This document shows, piece after piece, positions 43,880 through 58,859 of a stretch of 64,000 nt of DNA. The position numbers and the translations under genes were made by a program. Numbering within the stretch: the stretch's first letter is position 1; every line of letters starts with the position of its first letter. The notes under the pieces were generated by a model, which saw nothing but the letters and a program-made list of their open reading frames with translations, did no database searches and was not told the DNA's origin. Source of the DNA: Eledone cirrhosa (lineage: Eukaryota); the NCBI GenBank assembly GCA_964016885.1, contig OZ024742.1:136958001-137022000 (forward strand), in the 5' to 3' direction.

Positions 43880-44230
43880 CGACATCGACCTACATACAAC
43901 AATATGTCCACAGTTCTTAATTGTCCCATCAACAACGCAGGAGTGTGCATGAGACCGTATGCAGTCTACAAGGTTACGTGTAAAAATGTAGCTCCTCTAC
44001 ATTGGAAATTCTGTCTGGATGCTCTACATACGGATCAAGGAGCACATGACGGCGAGAGCTTCTTTGTTAAAAAATCATCTCCTCAGATGTCACTGCCAAT
44101 ACATTGAGGTCACCATAGAGGCGACGGAAATGAACGTGGGCAATTTAAGCATCAAAGGTCATTGTCATCAGCTAGGAAAAAAACAAACAAAGATAAATAA
44201 TAGATTGGAAATGCATGAAATGGATTAGCT
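43880..44230 (+). pseudogene. PLE GIY-YIG endonuclease remnant
   Basis: CPINNAGVCMRPYAVYKVTCK..L.IRIKEH..LLKNHLLRCH..INNR. Confidence 0.7.
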
Positions 44231-45529
44231 GCTATACCGATTTCATGCATGCGTATTTCAGACACATAGGCCAGTTAAGGAAGAACACATTGATAGTTTG
44301 TTATTTGTTGTGAACCGCTTTTGCTTAATATTTGAAAGAAATTGAAATATTATGTTAAACATTACTTTTTTTTTGTTTTATTTGGCATCTTTTGCAATTT
44401 ATATATTTCTACTGCATTGTACTAGCATTTTGAAACTTAAACGTTTTTTAAAGAACAATTCATATGTGTGTGTGCATATGTGTGTGTGCGTGTGTGTGTG
44501 TGTGTTGGTGTGTGTTGTGTGCATTTTGTGTGTGTGTATGTGCGCGTTTGTGTGTGTGAGTAAGTTATGTTAACGGAACAACCTGCTGGAGAAATTTACT
44601 TGCAAATAATTGCACCCTTAACGTATTTCTCAGAGGTATTCAAACTTCCACAGAATGTGACATAGTTAGAACTGTGAATTACAGTTACAACTTGTTTGCG
44701 TCGACTATTTGGTTTGAAATAACGTGAAAAAGTGCCTCGTTTAATGATAAAACCGGCCGTTGAGAAACAAATCTCATGATATTACAATCATGATGCAAAC
44801 ACCTGAAACACTAAGCTGCGCGTCTTTACAACATAAGTCTTATTTTTGTGCTAATTTAATGAAGTGTATATCACTTCATTAATAACTCGGGAATTATTTC
44901 TGTTACTTTATTATTGATTGTGCTTGGTTAAAAGAGTAGAGTGCGGAACGAAACACCACATGGCATTTAGTTTCCTACCCCTGAATTCTGAGTTCTAATC
45001 GAGCATGGAACCTCTTCGTCTATCCTTTCTGTACCAATAATGAAAATATGAATCATATACTGGCACTGATTTAATCTTCCATTAAAAATCCCTGGATTTA
45101 AGATTCGACATGTGTTGGTGGAACTGCTGCTGTAGCAATGCCACATAGTTTATTTTACTGAGACACTTAACTAGACTTGACGATTAGTAAATACTGTGGT
45201 GTGTTCGCCTGTCTCAATACCATAGGTAGCATAAGTTTACTGAAATGTCTTCTGCTAGAAAGTGAAATTACGTCATGGTTTCAGCTTCATGAAATACGAC
45301 AGAAGTGTATATATGGAAGTAATGGTCAAGGAAACATGATTAAATTATTGGTATATTATTGTCCCATAAATCCTGGTGGAATCGTAGGGGCACCGTTTCT
45401 TGGGCATTTTAGGCCTAGCGGAGCCCATCCCTATCCAGGTTTGAACACAACAGATTTCTTCCAGAGAACCACAGAAAGTGAGGGATAGTAAATGAAAAAG
45501 AGACACACAAGAAGATTTGATCCAAGAAC

Positions 45530-45672
45530 TAGACTGGTGATTGTTTATCAATCCCGAAACGCTGAAAGGCAAAGCTGACCTCGGTGGGATTTGAACTGAG
45601 AGAGCAGAAAGCCAGAACGAATACCGCAAATCTTTCCATCCAACATGTTGACAAATCTGCCAGTACCCCGCC
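45530..45672 (-). mobile_element. Diverged SINE
   Basis: GAAAGGCAAAGCTGACCTCGGTGGGATTTGAACT..TCTGCCA; older relics follow at 45720-46100. Confidence 0.65.
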
Positions 45673-46935
45673 CTATATTGAATTATTAATTAAAACTAAA
45701 TAACTAATTTCGCCAGGCGAATATTTATAAAGTGTTGCATAGTCGATTGAATCAATTCATTTCATATTACTAGTAATTTACATTTATTGACTCCAAAGAG
45801 ACAAAAGAAAAACGCCACAGTTCTGAACACATGATATAAAGTGGTGTAACTGAATACTGCAAAGAATTTCATCCAATGTATTATCGATTTTGCGATCCAG
45901 CAACTTTGAGATAAATAAATACTGAGACCATTTTTGACGTGGATTATAATTGAATGGATCTATGATAGTACTGGAGATATTTCATTAACTCTAGAAGGGA
46001 TGACAACAAAGCTTAATTTGCTGCGGTGTGAATTGATATTACAGAAAATTGAAACGATATTCCGCCTAATATTTTGTCCCATATTATTTATTGTCTGCGA
46101 GAGTGACTAACTGATTCAATAGATTACTTGACTGCCTACAACGAAATCAGGAGTTTCTAACGTCCCATTGATATTGCATCATGTTTGTGGCTTAAACTTT
46201 TGATTCGTAATGGTAAAATCCATTTAGATTTGTCCATTCAATCATAAACATTAAATTCACAGAATAATAGCACCACACCGTACATCAACAAGTGATATGT
46301 TGACTTGTTGGAATTAATTGAATAGCAAACTAGGGAAAATCAGCATGTGATAGACTAGCGTCATCTCCATGAGGAATTGCCTCTGACCAGTGCAACACTG
46401 TGAAAACCGGAGATAAGTAGTAGGCATACATATCCTTGGTATATAGAAAATCATTAGTAATGCTGAATCTGCCAAGTTATTGTCCTTGAGGTATATGAAA
46501 TAATGATTTCATACATTGACTTATTGCCAGAACATTGTAACGGAAGCGCATAATCTATTCAGTCGACAACAATATATATAAGCGACTTCATTTTATTGAT
46601 GCTGGAAGGACGAAACACGACGTTTATTATGGTGGAATTAAAAATGTAGAAGAGCTACACGTAATTTTATGAAAAATTTAATCTGGCGATCTACTATCTC
46701 TGCCAACATTACTGACCGTGACAGTGATGACATATCGAGATTTACTTTTATAACTTAGTCAGAGAAGAAATATGAGAAGGATGAAATATGTAACTCATGA
46801 CCTTTAATGACATTCCCAGACTCGTGAGATGAATGCTGTTGAGGATGAGATATAGTAGAGTAGGCATGTAAGTGTGTATGTGTCATGGAATACAGAGTTT
46901 TAGTTTTTAGTTTCACGTCGCTATCGCAATAGTAT

Positions 46936-47012
<77 letters not shown>

Positions 47013-47664
47013 AAGAATCAAAACAATTCTTTCCTTTATTCATATGCCCAACATTTTCGATAAAATAAGTTAGGATTGAGTTAAGTTTTCGTCGTTATTT
47101 TTAGCAGCTCGAGCGACCACATGCAGCCATTTAGATTTTTTATGTTGTTGCTTTGGCTGTTTTTAACCATAGTTATGTTATGACCACGAAAACTTAATTG
47201 TATATCTATTTTATCAAAATAATAGTTAAATAAAACATGGCTGTCTACCTGTTTTCAAAAACCCAATCATTAAATCACAATGGCAGGACTGAGAAACAAT
47301 TGTTTGGGTATCTCGGGCGCAACAAATATCACAAGTCATAGGTTATCGACATTATCGGCATTATTAACGACCGCTGTATCGATTCTTTCGGTGAGTCATA
47401 AGTAACCGGGAAGTCGATGCCTTTTATTGTAAGTTTGGCAATCTACTGAGGATAGGGGACAGCTTTTAGAACATTTACTTTAATAAACTACTTTTGTTTG
47501 ATGTATTTACAATTTTGTACGGTATGACCAGAATTTTAGTAAATGTTATCATTTGGAGTCATAGATGTTGGACTACCCGTTTACCTATGACTCTCCCTGT
47601 ACATCGCTGAAATATGTGCATAGTTAAAATACGCCTATAACATTAGGTATGTATGTGTGTATGT

Positions 47665-48260
47665 ATGTCGGGTCACTCCCAAGTATAACCTGTCGCATGG
47701 CCGGGTCGGCGGCGACTAAACCGGCAACCCCACCAAGTTTACTTGGTGAGGAGGGTGATTTTGGACACCCTGGAGGACAAAAAAACAAAACCTGACAAAA
47801 GGCAACTCATAAGAGTCAACGGCCATCCAAACGTGTGTAAATATGTATATACACATGTACATATGTATGTATATGTATATGTGTATATACATGGGTGCAT
47901 GTGTATGTATATGCGCGGAGACATAGAAATAGTCGGGCTGGACACCCGATCACGCGGTTAAACCACTGGGAGTGAAGGACCCCTAGCCTTTGTCACGGCA
48001 TTCTTCTAGGAGAAGGCAACCCAGGAAACTGGGATAACTCCGATATAAAACCTGTGGCTCAGTAGTTACCGATGATGCTGATCTTTTCTTCTTTTCGGGT
48101 AATAGCTACTGTCTCTCAGAGAGTGGGATTGGCTCAGTGCACAGTCTTTCCTCACTTTAAAAAATATCTTCACACACAGGCATTGCACGATAGAATTAAT
48201 TAATATTTATTAATAATGGTATATCGTGCAATGGCCATACTCGATAACGAGGGGGCAGCC
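47665..48260 (+). mobile_element. Dispersed repeat (47665-47828) plus RTE 5'-UTR-like segment (47920-48260)
   Basis: The first part matches the 1948/51335 repeat. The second contains TCTAGGAGAAGGCAAC..AAAACC, resembling RTE leaders. Confidence 0.45.
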
Positions 48261-48299
48261 ATCATATGTATATATGATGAGCTTTGTAAAGATAAGAGA

Positions 48300-48730
48300 C
48301 CACCTCATAAACCAAAGCTCTTATTCAAAGATTAGGTCTCACTGAAAAAAACTGGTTTGATCGTGGCTGACTGGGAGATAGAAGCTCTTGAAAGAGAAAC
48401 TTGACGTGGAATGGTGAATGATGGGTTCCATAATTTTGAAGATAGACGCATAGAACACGAGAGATCAAACGGTATGTACGTAAGCAATGCCCTGGTGCAT
48501 CTCTCGAAACGACCGGAGCCATGTTCAAAGAGAACCAGTGTACTATGATCTCCACGGTATTGTGAAGGTTCACAGGCAACCTGATGCAAGACCTGAGGCC
48601 AGGGAGATCCATAATCGTCGTCAATGGGCGAAGGAGAGCAAGTCTATAGCAGGCTTGACAAACCATATCCGAGCGTCACACATCTGAATCTGACAATCGA
48701 TTGCAATATTCTTAGCAGATTTTGCAGCCA
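48300..48730 (+). pseudogene. RTE LINE 3' end (C-terminal zinc-finger-like region)
   Basis: DWEIEALERET.RGMVNDGFHNFEDRRI..KSIAGLTNHIRASH, followed by (TGTA)n. Confidence 0.65.
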
Positions 48731-48811
48731 TGTATGTATGTATGTATGTATGTATGTATGTATGTATGTATGTATGTATGTATGTATGTATGTATGTATG
48801 TATGCATGTAT

Positions 48812-51268
48812 GTTCTTCTGGTTTTATAATTTCACAAAGTTTTACCAATAGAGAGAGAGTCGGTTTCTAACATAGACACAAGACTCTCTCATTGGAATTT
48901 ACACAACATCAACTACGTAGATTATGTATGCATGCATGTGTAGATATGGATGTTATTGTATGTGTGGATGTTATGTTTTTAGTTGTATGTGTGCATTTGT
49001 ATATGCTTTGCATCTGTACATGTGTATATGCAGTTATTAGATGCAAAATATTTGGAATGTTTTACATATTTTTACTGTTCAATTAATGGATTGTACATGT
49101 AATTTCCTAACTAGTTGTGTTCTTTCTGTTCCTGCGAAGTCTAACTTCTCAAGATTTGTATTGAGGCAGTTACTAATATATCCCAGTGCCCCAATAACCA
49201 CAGGCATATATCTGAAGGTGTAATCAGGGTGGGAGTATCTGCAGATTTCTCATCAGTTCTGCATAAATATTGTCCTTTTCGCTAATCTTTGATATTATAT
49301 TGGCCTCTGCTGGGCAGCTAATTTCCACTACTGTGCATGTTTTCTTCTCCCTGTCCCATATCATAATATCTGGTCTGTTATGCCTGCATTTTATATCGAG
49401 TTTTTACTGGAACATTCCACCAGTACTATTTCATATTATGTCTTCCACATTGCTGTAGCTTTTAATGTGTTTATTATCGGGGCTATCTTTTTTTACGAAC
49501 TGCATTGTACAGTGTTTTGGCCACTACATCATGCCTCATAGGTAGATAGTACCGCGAAGACATCTATGGACAGCTGCTGATGACATGGGTGATATCCTCG
49601 ATGTTAGTTCTGCAGAGTCTGCATTTGTTATCACATCTAGGTGTTTTGCCTGCATCCCTATTTCTTTTGTGAATCAGGAATTTCGTGTTAATCTCCTGTT
49701 CTTGGATTGCAAAAGCGTATCCTTCAAAGTGGGAGCCAATATAGCGGTTGTTGGTCCAAGACAGACTACTTTCCTTATCTATATAACTCTCACTTTGGAG
49801 TTTCCTGGCAACATATCCATGCCTCATTCTTTGCTGATAAGCATGCAGTTTTTCATCCCTGGATTCACTGCGATACTGCTGAGCGACTTCCCTGGGTGTG
49901 AGTTTTGGATTATCACACAGGGAATATCTCTCGAGGAGTTCCTTCCCAACTCTCATGATCTTATCTGCAGATAGACTTTCTCGAGAAACGGGCTCCTACG
50001 CTTCGAGGTTCGTAGACGTTGTCGGAGAGATATGATGCGACATTCAAATGTTGTCTGGACTGATGTTAGGCCTCTGCCTCCCTGCTTACGTTTCAAGCAA
50101 AGGTGGTCTATGTCACTGTTGATGTGGAAGTTTCCGGTGTTGTTTAGTATTTTTCCAGTTCCAACATCAAATGCTCGGAGTTCGTCTATCGTCTAATTGA
50201 GTATTCCAAACGTTGGTGTTAGGACAGGCACAGCAAACACATTGTGAGCCATTGTTTTGTTTTGTGCAGAGAGTTCGGATGACCAGATCATTCTTAATCG
50301 GGTGTAGTATTCCCTGGTTACGCGTTCTTTATTACAGATACCATTATAGGATATATTCTCATCTATCCCTAGGTATCTGTAGTAGTCCTCATCAGATATC
50401 GGTGAAACAGTTGGGCCATTGATGACAATGTTGCTAGATTGGGTTGTTGTTTTTCCCCGCTTTACAGTCATGTATGAGTATTTATCTTGGCCAAACTCCC
50501 TTCCTATATCCTTTGAGAACGTTGTAACCAGGTTAAGATTTTTCTTCATCCCATCCATGTTCTTGGCATAGAGTTTCAGATCGTCCACAAAGAAATTATG
50601 GGTTAGGTTCGTATTTCTGTCCTCCTGTGAGCTAATGATGTATCCCTCATATTTCTTGAGCAGAAAGGACAAGGGGTTTAATGACAAGATGAATAATTTC
50701 ACAGAGAGACTGTCCTCCTGAAATATACCCCTGCAATATTTTATTTTATCAGTGAAAATAGAGTCCTCCGTCTGTGTCTTTAACCTTAGGATAGTAGCCC
50801 AAGAAGAAGACAGCCTCTCTATGGCTCTGACAATAATGTCTGGGACTTTAGCAAGTTGGAGGGCGTCTATTATCCAAGAGTGAGGAACAGAATCGAAAGT
50901 TTTCCTGTAGTCCAGCCAGACTGTAACCATATTCCTCCTAAGTTGTCGCACCTCCGACATCGCAGTTTTGTTGATTAGGAGTTGTTCAGCAGATCTCCAA
51001 ACCCCTTTCTTTCCTGCTGCTTGTTCATCTGTGATGATGTTATTATTTTCACAGTGATCTTTGAGGAATAGGTTCAGGCAGTCTGTACACATCTTATACA
51101 TCAGGTTCTGGCATGCAATAGGTCTGTAGTTCTTTGCAAAGTGGGTGTCTTTGTTCTTGAGGACCAGTAATGTTTGTGCTAATGTCAACCATTCTGGTAT
51201 AAGTGTATCTCCTTTAAGAACTTGTTGGTAGAGGTCAGTAAGATACCTCCGATAGAATATTAGTTTTG
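48812..51268 (-). mobile_element. 5'-truncated R4/Dong-like LINE (RT, CCHC, restriction-like endonuclease)
   Basis: NYRPIAC, EQLLINK, WLDYRKTFDSVPHSW, RGIFQEDSLS, HNFFVDDLKLY, YRYLG, CRLCRTNIEDITHVISSCP, YLPMRHDVVAK, NRPDIMIWD, VVEISCP. Confidence 0.92.
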
Positions 51269-51334
51269 TGTATGTATGTATGTAAGTATGTATGTATGTA
51301 TGTAGGTATAAATGAATGTATGTATGAATGTATG

Positions 51335-51515
51335 TCACTGTTGAGTGCTACTGGTAACATGTAACCCAGTACAACCTGTCGCATGGTCGGGTCGTCGGCG
51401 TCTAAACCGGCAACCCCACCAAATTCACTTGGTGAGGAGGGTGATTCTGGACAGCCTGCAGGACAAAGAACAAAACCTGGCAGAGGACGGAAGAACTCAT
51501 AAGAATCAACGGTCC
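51335..51515. repeat. Dispersed GC-rich repeat, same as 47665 and 1948
   Basis: Sequence match. Confidence 0.7.
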
Positions 51516-51570
51516 TCCTATAATATGTAAATATGTATATACATGTATGCATGTGTATATATATATATAT

Positions 51571-51950
51571 GATTGTTTCTAGTTTTGGCACAAGTCCAGC
51601 AAATACCCAGTGTATTACTGGTACTTTATTTTATCGACCACATAAGGATGAGAGGCAAAGTTAACCTCGGCGGGATTTGAACTCAGAATGGCAAGGGCCG
51701 TAACTTTATGGGTCAAAGCTTGGCGTCCGACCCTCTACCGATACTGCCAATTCACCGCCCTATATATATAAGAATTGTTTCTACTTTAGGCACAAGGCCA
51801 GCAATTACCCAGTGCATTACTGGTACTTTATTTTATCGACCCCGTAAGGATGAAAGGCAAAGTCAACCTCAGCGCGATTTGAACTCAGAACGTAAAGGGA
51901 CGTAACTATGCTGGAAAGCATGGTGTCTGACCCTCTACCGATACTGCCAA
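51571..51950 (-). mobile_element. Two SINEs in tandem (51571-51760, 51772-51950)
   Basis: Reverse complements of the 9471 family separated by a short (TA)n. Confidence 0.85.
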
Positions 51951-52117
51951 ATGAGAGGTATACATGTATATGTGCATACATACATATAGATGTATATATA
52001 AACATATATTCTTCACAAGTATGTGAGATTGTATGTTGTCGACCTTAACCAGTGTTGCTCTATGATTATGAGAGACAAGATAATCGAAATAATTAAATTG
52101 ACACAATATCAGAGCTA

Positions 52118-53295
<1,178 letters not shown>

Positions 53296-54110
53296 TAAGT
53301 AACAGTCGTACTAAGAGAAATGAAATTTCGTTTCATTTTTTCCGTTTATATATGTTTATATAAGTATGTATGTATATATGTTTATATATGTATGAATGCT
53401 GACGATGTGTAGTGTAGTTTGGTAGTTCCATATTAGAGAACACTACAAACCCTTATCAATTCCATTCGCCTTCTGGACAACCATTTTACTCCATCAAATC
53501 TCATCTGATGCATGATGTAGCGGATATCGATGGCTGGTCGTTGCTGCAACGATTACGCCGTATTCTTCGTGAGATTTAGCTGAGATATAATGTCAAACAA
53601 AATGTGTAGATTGCATATTGTACAGTCTAAATTTAAACAGATTATTTTTTGGTTAGAAGCACTATGTCTTCAGATATTTTGTGAAAAAAATACATTTTGT
53701 AATTTATTTCCAGTGCAGAATATTTATTATTTTATTTTTCTGAATATTTCTCTGATTTTTCGATATAACTGTCCTTTTCTTGTTTTATGAATTCTAAATA
53801 AAAATTGCATCGTCATTACGCAGCAAAATATTCTATTAGTGGCTTCAAGTCACAACACATAACAAAATATCTGCATTAACTACTCAGTGTCTTAGAAATA
53901 TTCTAGCAGATCAGCGTTGCTATTTTGCTACTGACTGAAGGTAGAGGACATAACCAGCCTGTTCTAGTTTTTCTTGTGATTGTTTGTTGCAGCTTATGCT
54001 ATTAATTAGGGAAATCGACAAATGGAAAGGATGAGTGGGATCCCTAGAATGAAAGAAAATAAAAAAGATAGACAGAAGTATATAAATATATATATGTATA
54101 TATATATATA

Positions 54111-54320
54111 TAGAAGTGGTTACACAACAGTTAGTTCACCATACCGAGAACAATTGTTTCACCTTCGCGGATCTTCAGCTCGGGAGAGAAGATCCGCGAA
54201 GGTGAAACAATTGTTCTCGGTATTGTGAACTAACTGTTGTGTAACCACTTCTACTTAACTCGTCCCTTGGACTGAGTGCTCTACCACTACGGATATTACC
54301 TTCCAGTGTTCCACCACTAT
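54111..54320. mobile_element. Family D fold-back element (terminus of the PLE at 61171)
   Basis: 54111-54176 is inverted against 54188-54253; the remainder is the reverse complement of 61178-61240. Confidence 0.85.
54144..54183 (-). ncRNA. Minimal type I hammerhead (family D)
   Basis: CCGAG-CTGAAGA-tCC gcgaa GGt-GAAA-CAATTG-TT-CTCGG. Confidence 0.85.
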
Positions 54321-54881
54321 ATATTATATATATATATATAAACAAGAAGTGTAAGTCAACAGATTAAAAACTGTATATACCGAGAAAATAGGGATGTTTT
54401 GGCCTAGATGATCTAGGCAATAGTGTTAATGTTAATATGCTCCCATCACTCCACATTTTGTGGGGAGTGGTAGTATTGGAGTTGATAGTCAAACATTCAT
54501 ATATGGTAGGAATATATATATATATATAAAACTGCCACCAATACAACTTGGTCACCTAGGGCAAAAAAACCCTATTTTTTAGCTATATACAGGTAGTATA
54601 GTTGGTTGCTAAAAACAACCCTAACCAACTGACCCGATTCCAGGACAACTGTCCTAAGAAAATCAATAGACTTGGTATTGGAATGGTGAGACTGTATCTG
54701 ACCAATGAGAGGAAGGTAAATTCTACTGATGCTAGAATTCGTTCACTCTAAATCAATGCCAGCTGTTTCTTTAGAAAACAACACCATTCTTCGGGACAGG
54801 GCATATCAAAATATCAAAATAACAGAGGTAAATATTGTTCCATCATTATGGTTTTCTGTTTTTTTTCTGTTCAAGTTCTAG

Positions 54882-54940
54882 CTCTTTGATGAGGTCATAG
54901 CTGTTGAATAATAGTTATCAACGAAATCTATATAATAGAG
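54882..54940 (+). ncRNA. Degenerate hammerhead-like motif
   Basis: CTCT-TTGATGA-ggtcatagct..agttatcaac-GAAA-tctata-TA-atagag; pairing is imperfect. Confidence 0.45.
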
Positions 54941-55079
54941 AAAAATGAATAAATGAGGTTAATTTTACCCAGTTGACTTTCACTTTTTGTTTTCAAATTA
55001 TTCCGCAGTAAACAGATACACTCACTTCGTTGAGTGATCTACCCTGCATATTGAAGTGTCAGTAACTAACCAACACACA

Positions 55080-55170
<91 letters not shown>

Positions 55171-55179
55171 CGACTTTCG

Positions 55180-55335
55180 TTAAATCGGACCGAGGAAACA
55201 AGGTTTCCATTGGTCTTTCCAGTTGCTAGTACTATCCATTGGTCGCAACTCCAGGTAGAAGGAGCAACATGAAATAAAGTGTCTTGCTCAAGGACATAAC
55301 GCATCACCCGGTCCAGGAATCTAACCACTCAGCCA
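55180..55335 (-). mobile_element. Second SINE family (CORE-like tRNA SINE fragment)
   Basis: Reverse complement has GGTTAGATTCC (B-box-like), then GTTATGTCCTTGAGCAAGACACTTTATTTCA. Confidence 0.6.
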
Positions 55336-55383
55336 GACGCCTTTACGTATGTATGTATGTATATGTGAAGCCACACGCATATT

Positions 55384-55448
<65 letters not shown>

Positions 55449-55451
55449 CAC

Positions 55452-55589
<138 letters not shown>

Positions 55590-55611
55590 TTTTGAGTATA
55601 TGTTGGTCATA

Positions 55612-55664
55612 CTGCCTGAAGAGGTCACAGCCAAAGATGGCTGTCACCGAAATATATATAGCAG
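55612..55664 (+). ncRNA. Type I hammerhead in short microsatellite-flanked element (~55590-55730)
   Basis: CTGC-CTGAAGA-GGTcACAGCC aaagat GGCTGTcACC-GAAA-TATATA-TA-GCAG. Confidence 0.88.
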
Positions 55665-55743
55665 CAATAAACGAAGTCTAATTTTAAACATTTGACGTAT
55701 TTATGTTATTTTATTTTATTTTGTGTAAATATATATATTATAA

Positions 55744-55782
<39 letters not shown>

Positions 55783-56053
55783 AAAAGAAAGTATTTATAT
55801 ATATATACATATATGCGTGTATATATATATATATATGTGTGTATATAGTATTAAGGATACTATTTATGGTTATGTATGCAATAAAACCTTTTATGGTTAT
55901 ATATTTTTTATACAAACCCTAAATAGTGAAAGATAGTCATTAATTACTATCTTATTACCAGTAAGATAAATAGCTCAATGTAATAACATCGGTTGTTTTA
56001 CAGAGCAGCTATATAGAGATTACAATAATCAAAGTTCAGTTTAAATCATGTAT

Positions 56054-56102
56054 TTGCTTACAATTGTTTCCTCCAAACCGAGGTTTGGGTTCTTCGGAGC
56101 AA
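56054..56102 (-). ncRNA. Hammerhead (family E), mirror of 60502
   Basis: Reverse complement of 60502-60550. Confidence 0.75.
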
Positions 56103-57089
56103 CTATTTAGTGATCTATAACATACTTGACCTCCTTTTCAACACAAGAGACATATAAAAACATATGTATATATTGACCCACAGTGGGATGACATCCATCA
56201 AAATGATATAGCATGGCAATTTACATATAAAGGTTAAAGGATAAAAATAAAAATAAAAATAAAAATAAAAATAAAAATAAAAATAAAAATAAAAATAAAA
56301 ATAAAAATAAAAATAAAAATAAAAATAAAAATAAAAATAAAAATAAAAATAAAAATAAAAATAAAAATAAAAATAAAAATAAAAATAAAAATAAAAATAA
56401 AAATAAAAATAAAAATAAAAATAAAAATAAAAATAAAAATAAAAATAAAAATAAAAATAAAAATAAAAATAAAAATAAAAATAAACATAAAAATAAAAAT
56501 AAAAATGAAACATTGGCAGTTTATGAAGATAAAGCAAGAGGAAAGTTTAGAGTAGTCAGTGTATGAAACAATCACGTGTAGCATGCACGCATGTCTTATT
56601 TATACAGGATTAGAGTGGTTCAAAGATATCAAAGATAACAAGGATAACAAATGTATTCAATTTGATATCAATTCTTACTACACCTCTATTTCTCCTATCC
56701 TATTAAATAAGGCACTTATAATGGCCATGGACAATAGTGACCTGACTAGACCCCATACTTGCGGCCCGTAAAACACTAATCACCTTTGAATTCAATTTGA
56801 TATCAATTTGATATCAATTTGATATCAATTTGATATCAATTCTTACTACACCTCTATTTCTCCTATCCTATTAAATAAGGCACTTATAATGGCCATGTAC
56901 AATAGTGACTTGACTAGACCCCATACTTGCGGCCCGTAAAACACTTTGAAGACCAATTATGGACCCGCAAAAATACGCAAAACAACTTCGACATGTCTCT
57001 TTGTCTAGCGATACGGCGCAGGTCACTGATTTAGTCGGCCTATATTTACTTAACCAATCCATAAGGACCTTCCTTACCTCAGCGGTGGT

Positions 57090-58505
57090 TTGTATCGCGG
57101 CGATGCACTTCTACTTATAGATTATAAAAAATTCAATATAGAAAGAACTAGAAAACTATTCCACAAAACATTCAAAAACTATAACCTTAGTATTACCATG
57201 GACAAAAACACCAAAAACGTTAACTTCCTAGACGCCACACTCTACCTAGACTCAATAATATATGCACCTTTCCACAAACCTAATGAAAAACTCATCTACG
57301 TAGATACCAAGTCTAACCACCCTAGATCTATATTAAACTCTATCTCTAAGGGAGTATCTAATAGAATCTATAATCTATCCTATGACATAAACACATTTAA
57401 CAATAACTCGCAATATTATAATCAGGCATTAGCTAGATCAGGCCATAATACAGGGATAGAGTTCCTACCTACAAAAACGCATAGCTACAACATTATTTCA
57501 CACAACATGTCCATGAGAAAATTTAATAATAGGAATAGCAACCACACACACACTAATAGAGATGATAACAACAAAAGTAACCCACACCACAGAAATTACC
57601 ATAGTAACATAAAAGGAAACAAATCACCAGACATAAAAAACGGAAATAGAAGAAGAAATAATACATTTTTCAACCCTCCTTTCAATCTAAACGTCTCTAC
57701 CAACCTACCTAGGGCTTTCTTCTCACTACTGGATAAACACTTCCCATCCGGCCACAAGTACCATAGCCTTTTAAACAAAAACACTATTACAATCTCATAC
57801 TCTACTACGCCTAACTTAGCATACCACATAGCTAGTAGCAATAAAAGAAAAATTAATTCTTACTTCCAACAAACTAAATCACAACAGACGATAAACCTTC
57901 AAAATAACATTCAAAATAACATTATAGCAACTAACCCTAATATCCATAGAAATAATAGTATTAGTACTAGTGTAAACATTAACGCTGCGAACGACAACCC
58001 ACATAACCATAACCCTATAGCTAACATCCAAACTTCTACACAGCATATTAACCGGCAGACTAACACCCAGAATAATTGTAACTGTAGATCAAATAGAACC
58101 TGCCCTTTAGATAAAAAATGCTTAACCAAGGCTATCATATACTCATGTACAGTCACAACTAACAACTCTTCTGAAACCTATATAGGCTCTACTTCTAACT
58201 GCTTCAAAACTAGATACAATTCGCACCTCCACTCTTTCAAAAATCACAGTCTAGCCAACTCCACTTCACTATCTAGCTACATACACTATCTAAAAACTAA
58301 AAATAAAATATATACACTTAAATGCGAAGTGGTAGGTAGTGCAACATCGTACAAACCACCTAATACATTTTGTAACCTCTGTCTACTAGAGACCCATACT
58401 ATCATCTTCTCTAACCATAATCTCCTTAATAAAAAATCAGAAGTGTTCGCATCTTGCCAACACCGCTTCCGAAACTCTTTCCAAAACTTTAAACCCTATA
58501 TATAA
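57090..58505 (+). CDS. PLE polyprotein C-terminal part: RT (YRGD), thumb, CxCx5Cx5C, GIY-YIG endonuclease
   Basis: 471-aa open frame: VNFLDATL, YVDTKSNHP, FFNPPFNLNV, CNCRSNRTCPLDKKC, IIYSC..YIGST..FKTRY.SH, CNLCLLE. Upstream RT motifs (CIQFDINSYYTSI) are disrupted, so this copy is probably non-functional. Confidence 0.85.
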   Translation: MYRGDALLLIDYKKFNIERTRKLFHKTFKNYNLSITMDKNTKNVNFLDATLYLDSIIYAPFHKPNEKLIYVDTKSNHPRSILNSISKGVSNRIYNLSYDINTFNNNSQYYNQALARSGHNTGIEFLPTKTHSYNIISHNMSMRKFNNRNSNHTHTNRDDNNKSNPHHRNYHSNIKGNKSPDIKNGNRRRNNTFFNPPFNLNVSTNLPRAFFSLLDKHFPSGHKYHSLLNKNTITISYSTTPNLAYHIASSNKRKINSYFQQTKSQQTINLQNNIQNNIIATNPNIHRNNSISTSVNINAANDNPHNHNPIANIQTSTQHINRQTNTQNNCNCRSNRTCPLDKKCLTKAIIYSCTVTTNNSSETYIGSTSNCFKTRYNSHLHSFKNHSLANSTSLSSYIHYLKTKNKIYTLKCEVVGSATSYKPPNTFCNLCLLETHTIIFSNHNLLNKKSEVFASCQHRFRNSFQNFKPYI

Positions 58506-58859
58506 CAATGTCAGACTGGAACCGTCACCACCCCTAGCAATTAGCATCAGTGGCACACCTTACACCTCATCTCCACACCCATTTATATACTCTAAAACTA
58601 ATAGTGGCAACATTATAGTACCATCTACCCTGGGGATACCCCCATGTACTTCTAATTCTGATATCTTGGCCGTGGATTACTTAAACTGCATTGCACAAAT
58701 ATTTGATTAATATAAACTGTAGACACTGTATTGGTTGTGCTAACATAATCCTGTTCATGGAGTGCCACCATGAGATAGATTGATGATTAAGTAAGTAATC
58801 TTATTATTATGTGACTATATATTCTATACGATGAGTACAATGAATTATGCACAGGTGAT

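Noticed and set aside
47230-47460. Unique sequence with a GTGAGT donor-like site and TGAGTCA
   Set aside because: No supported acceptor or ORF; short motifs like these are expected by chance.
57090-58505. Selenocysteine recoding as reported for some Naiad PLEs
   Set aside because: The Cys motifs here use normal Cys codons and the frame has no in-frame TGA.
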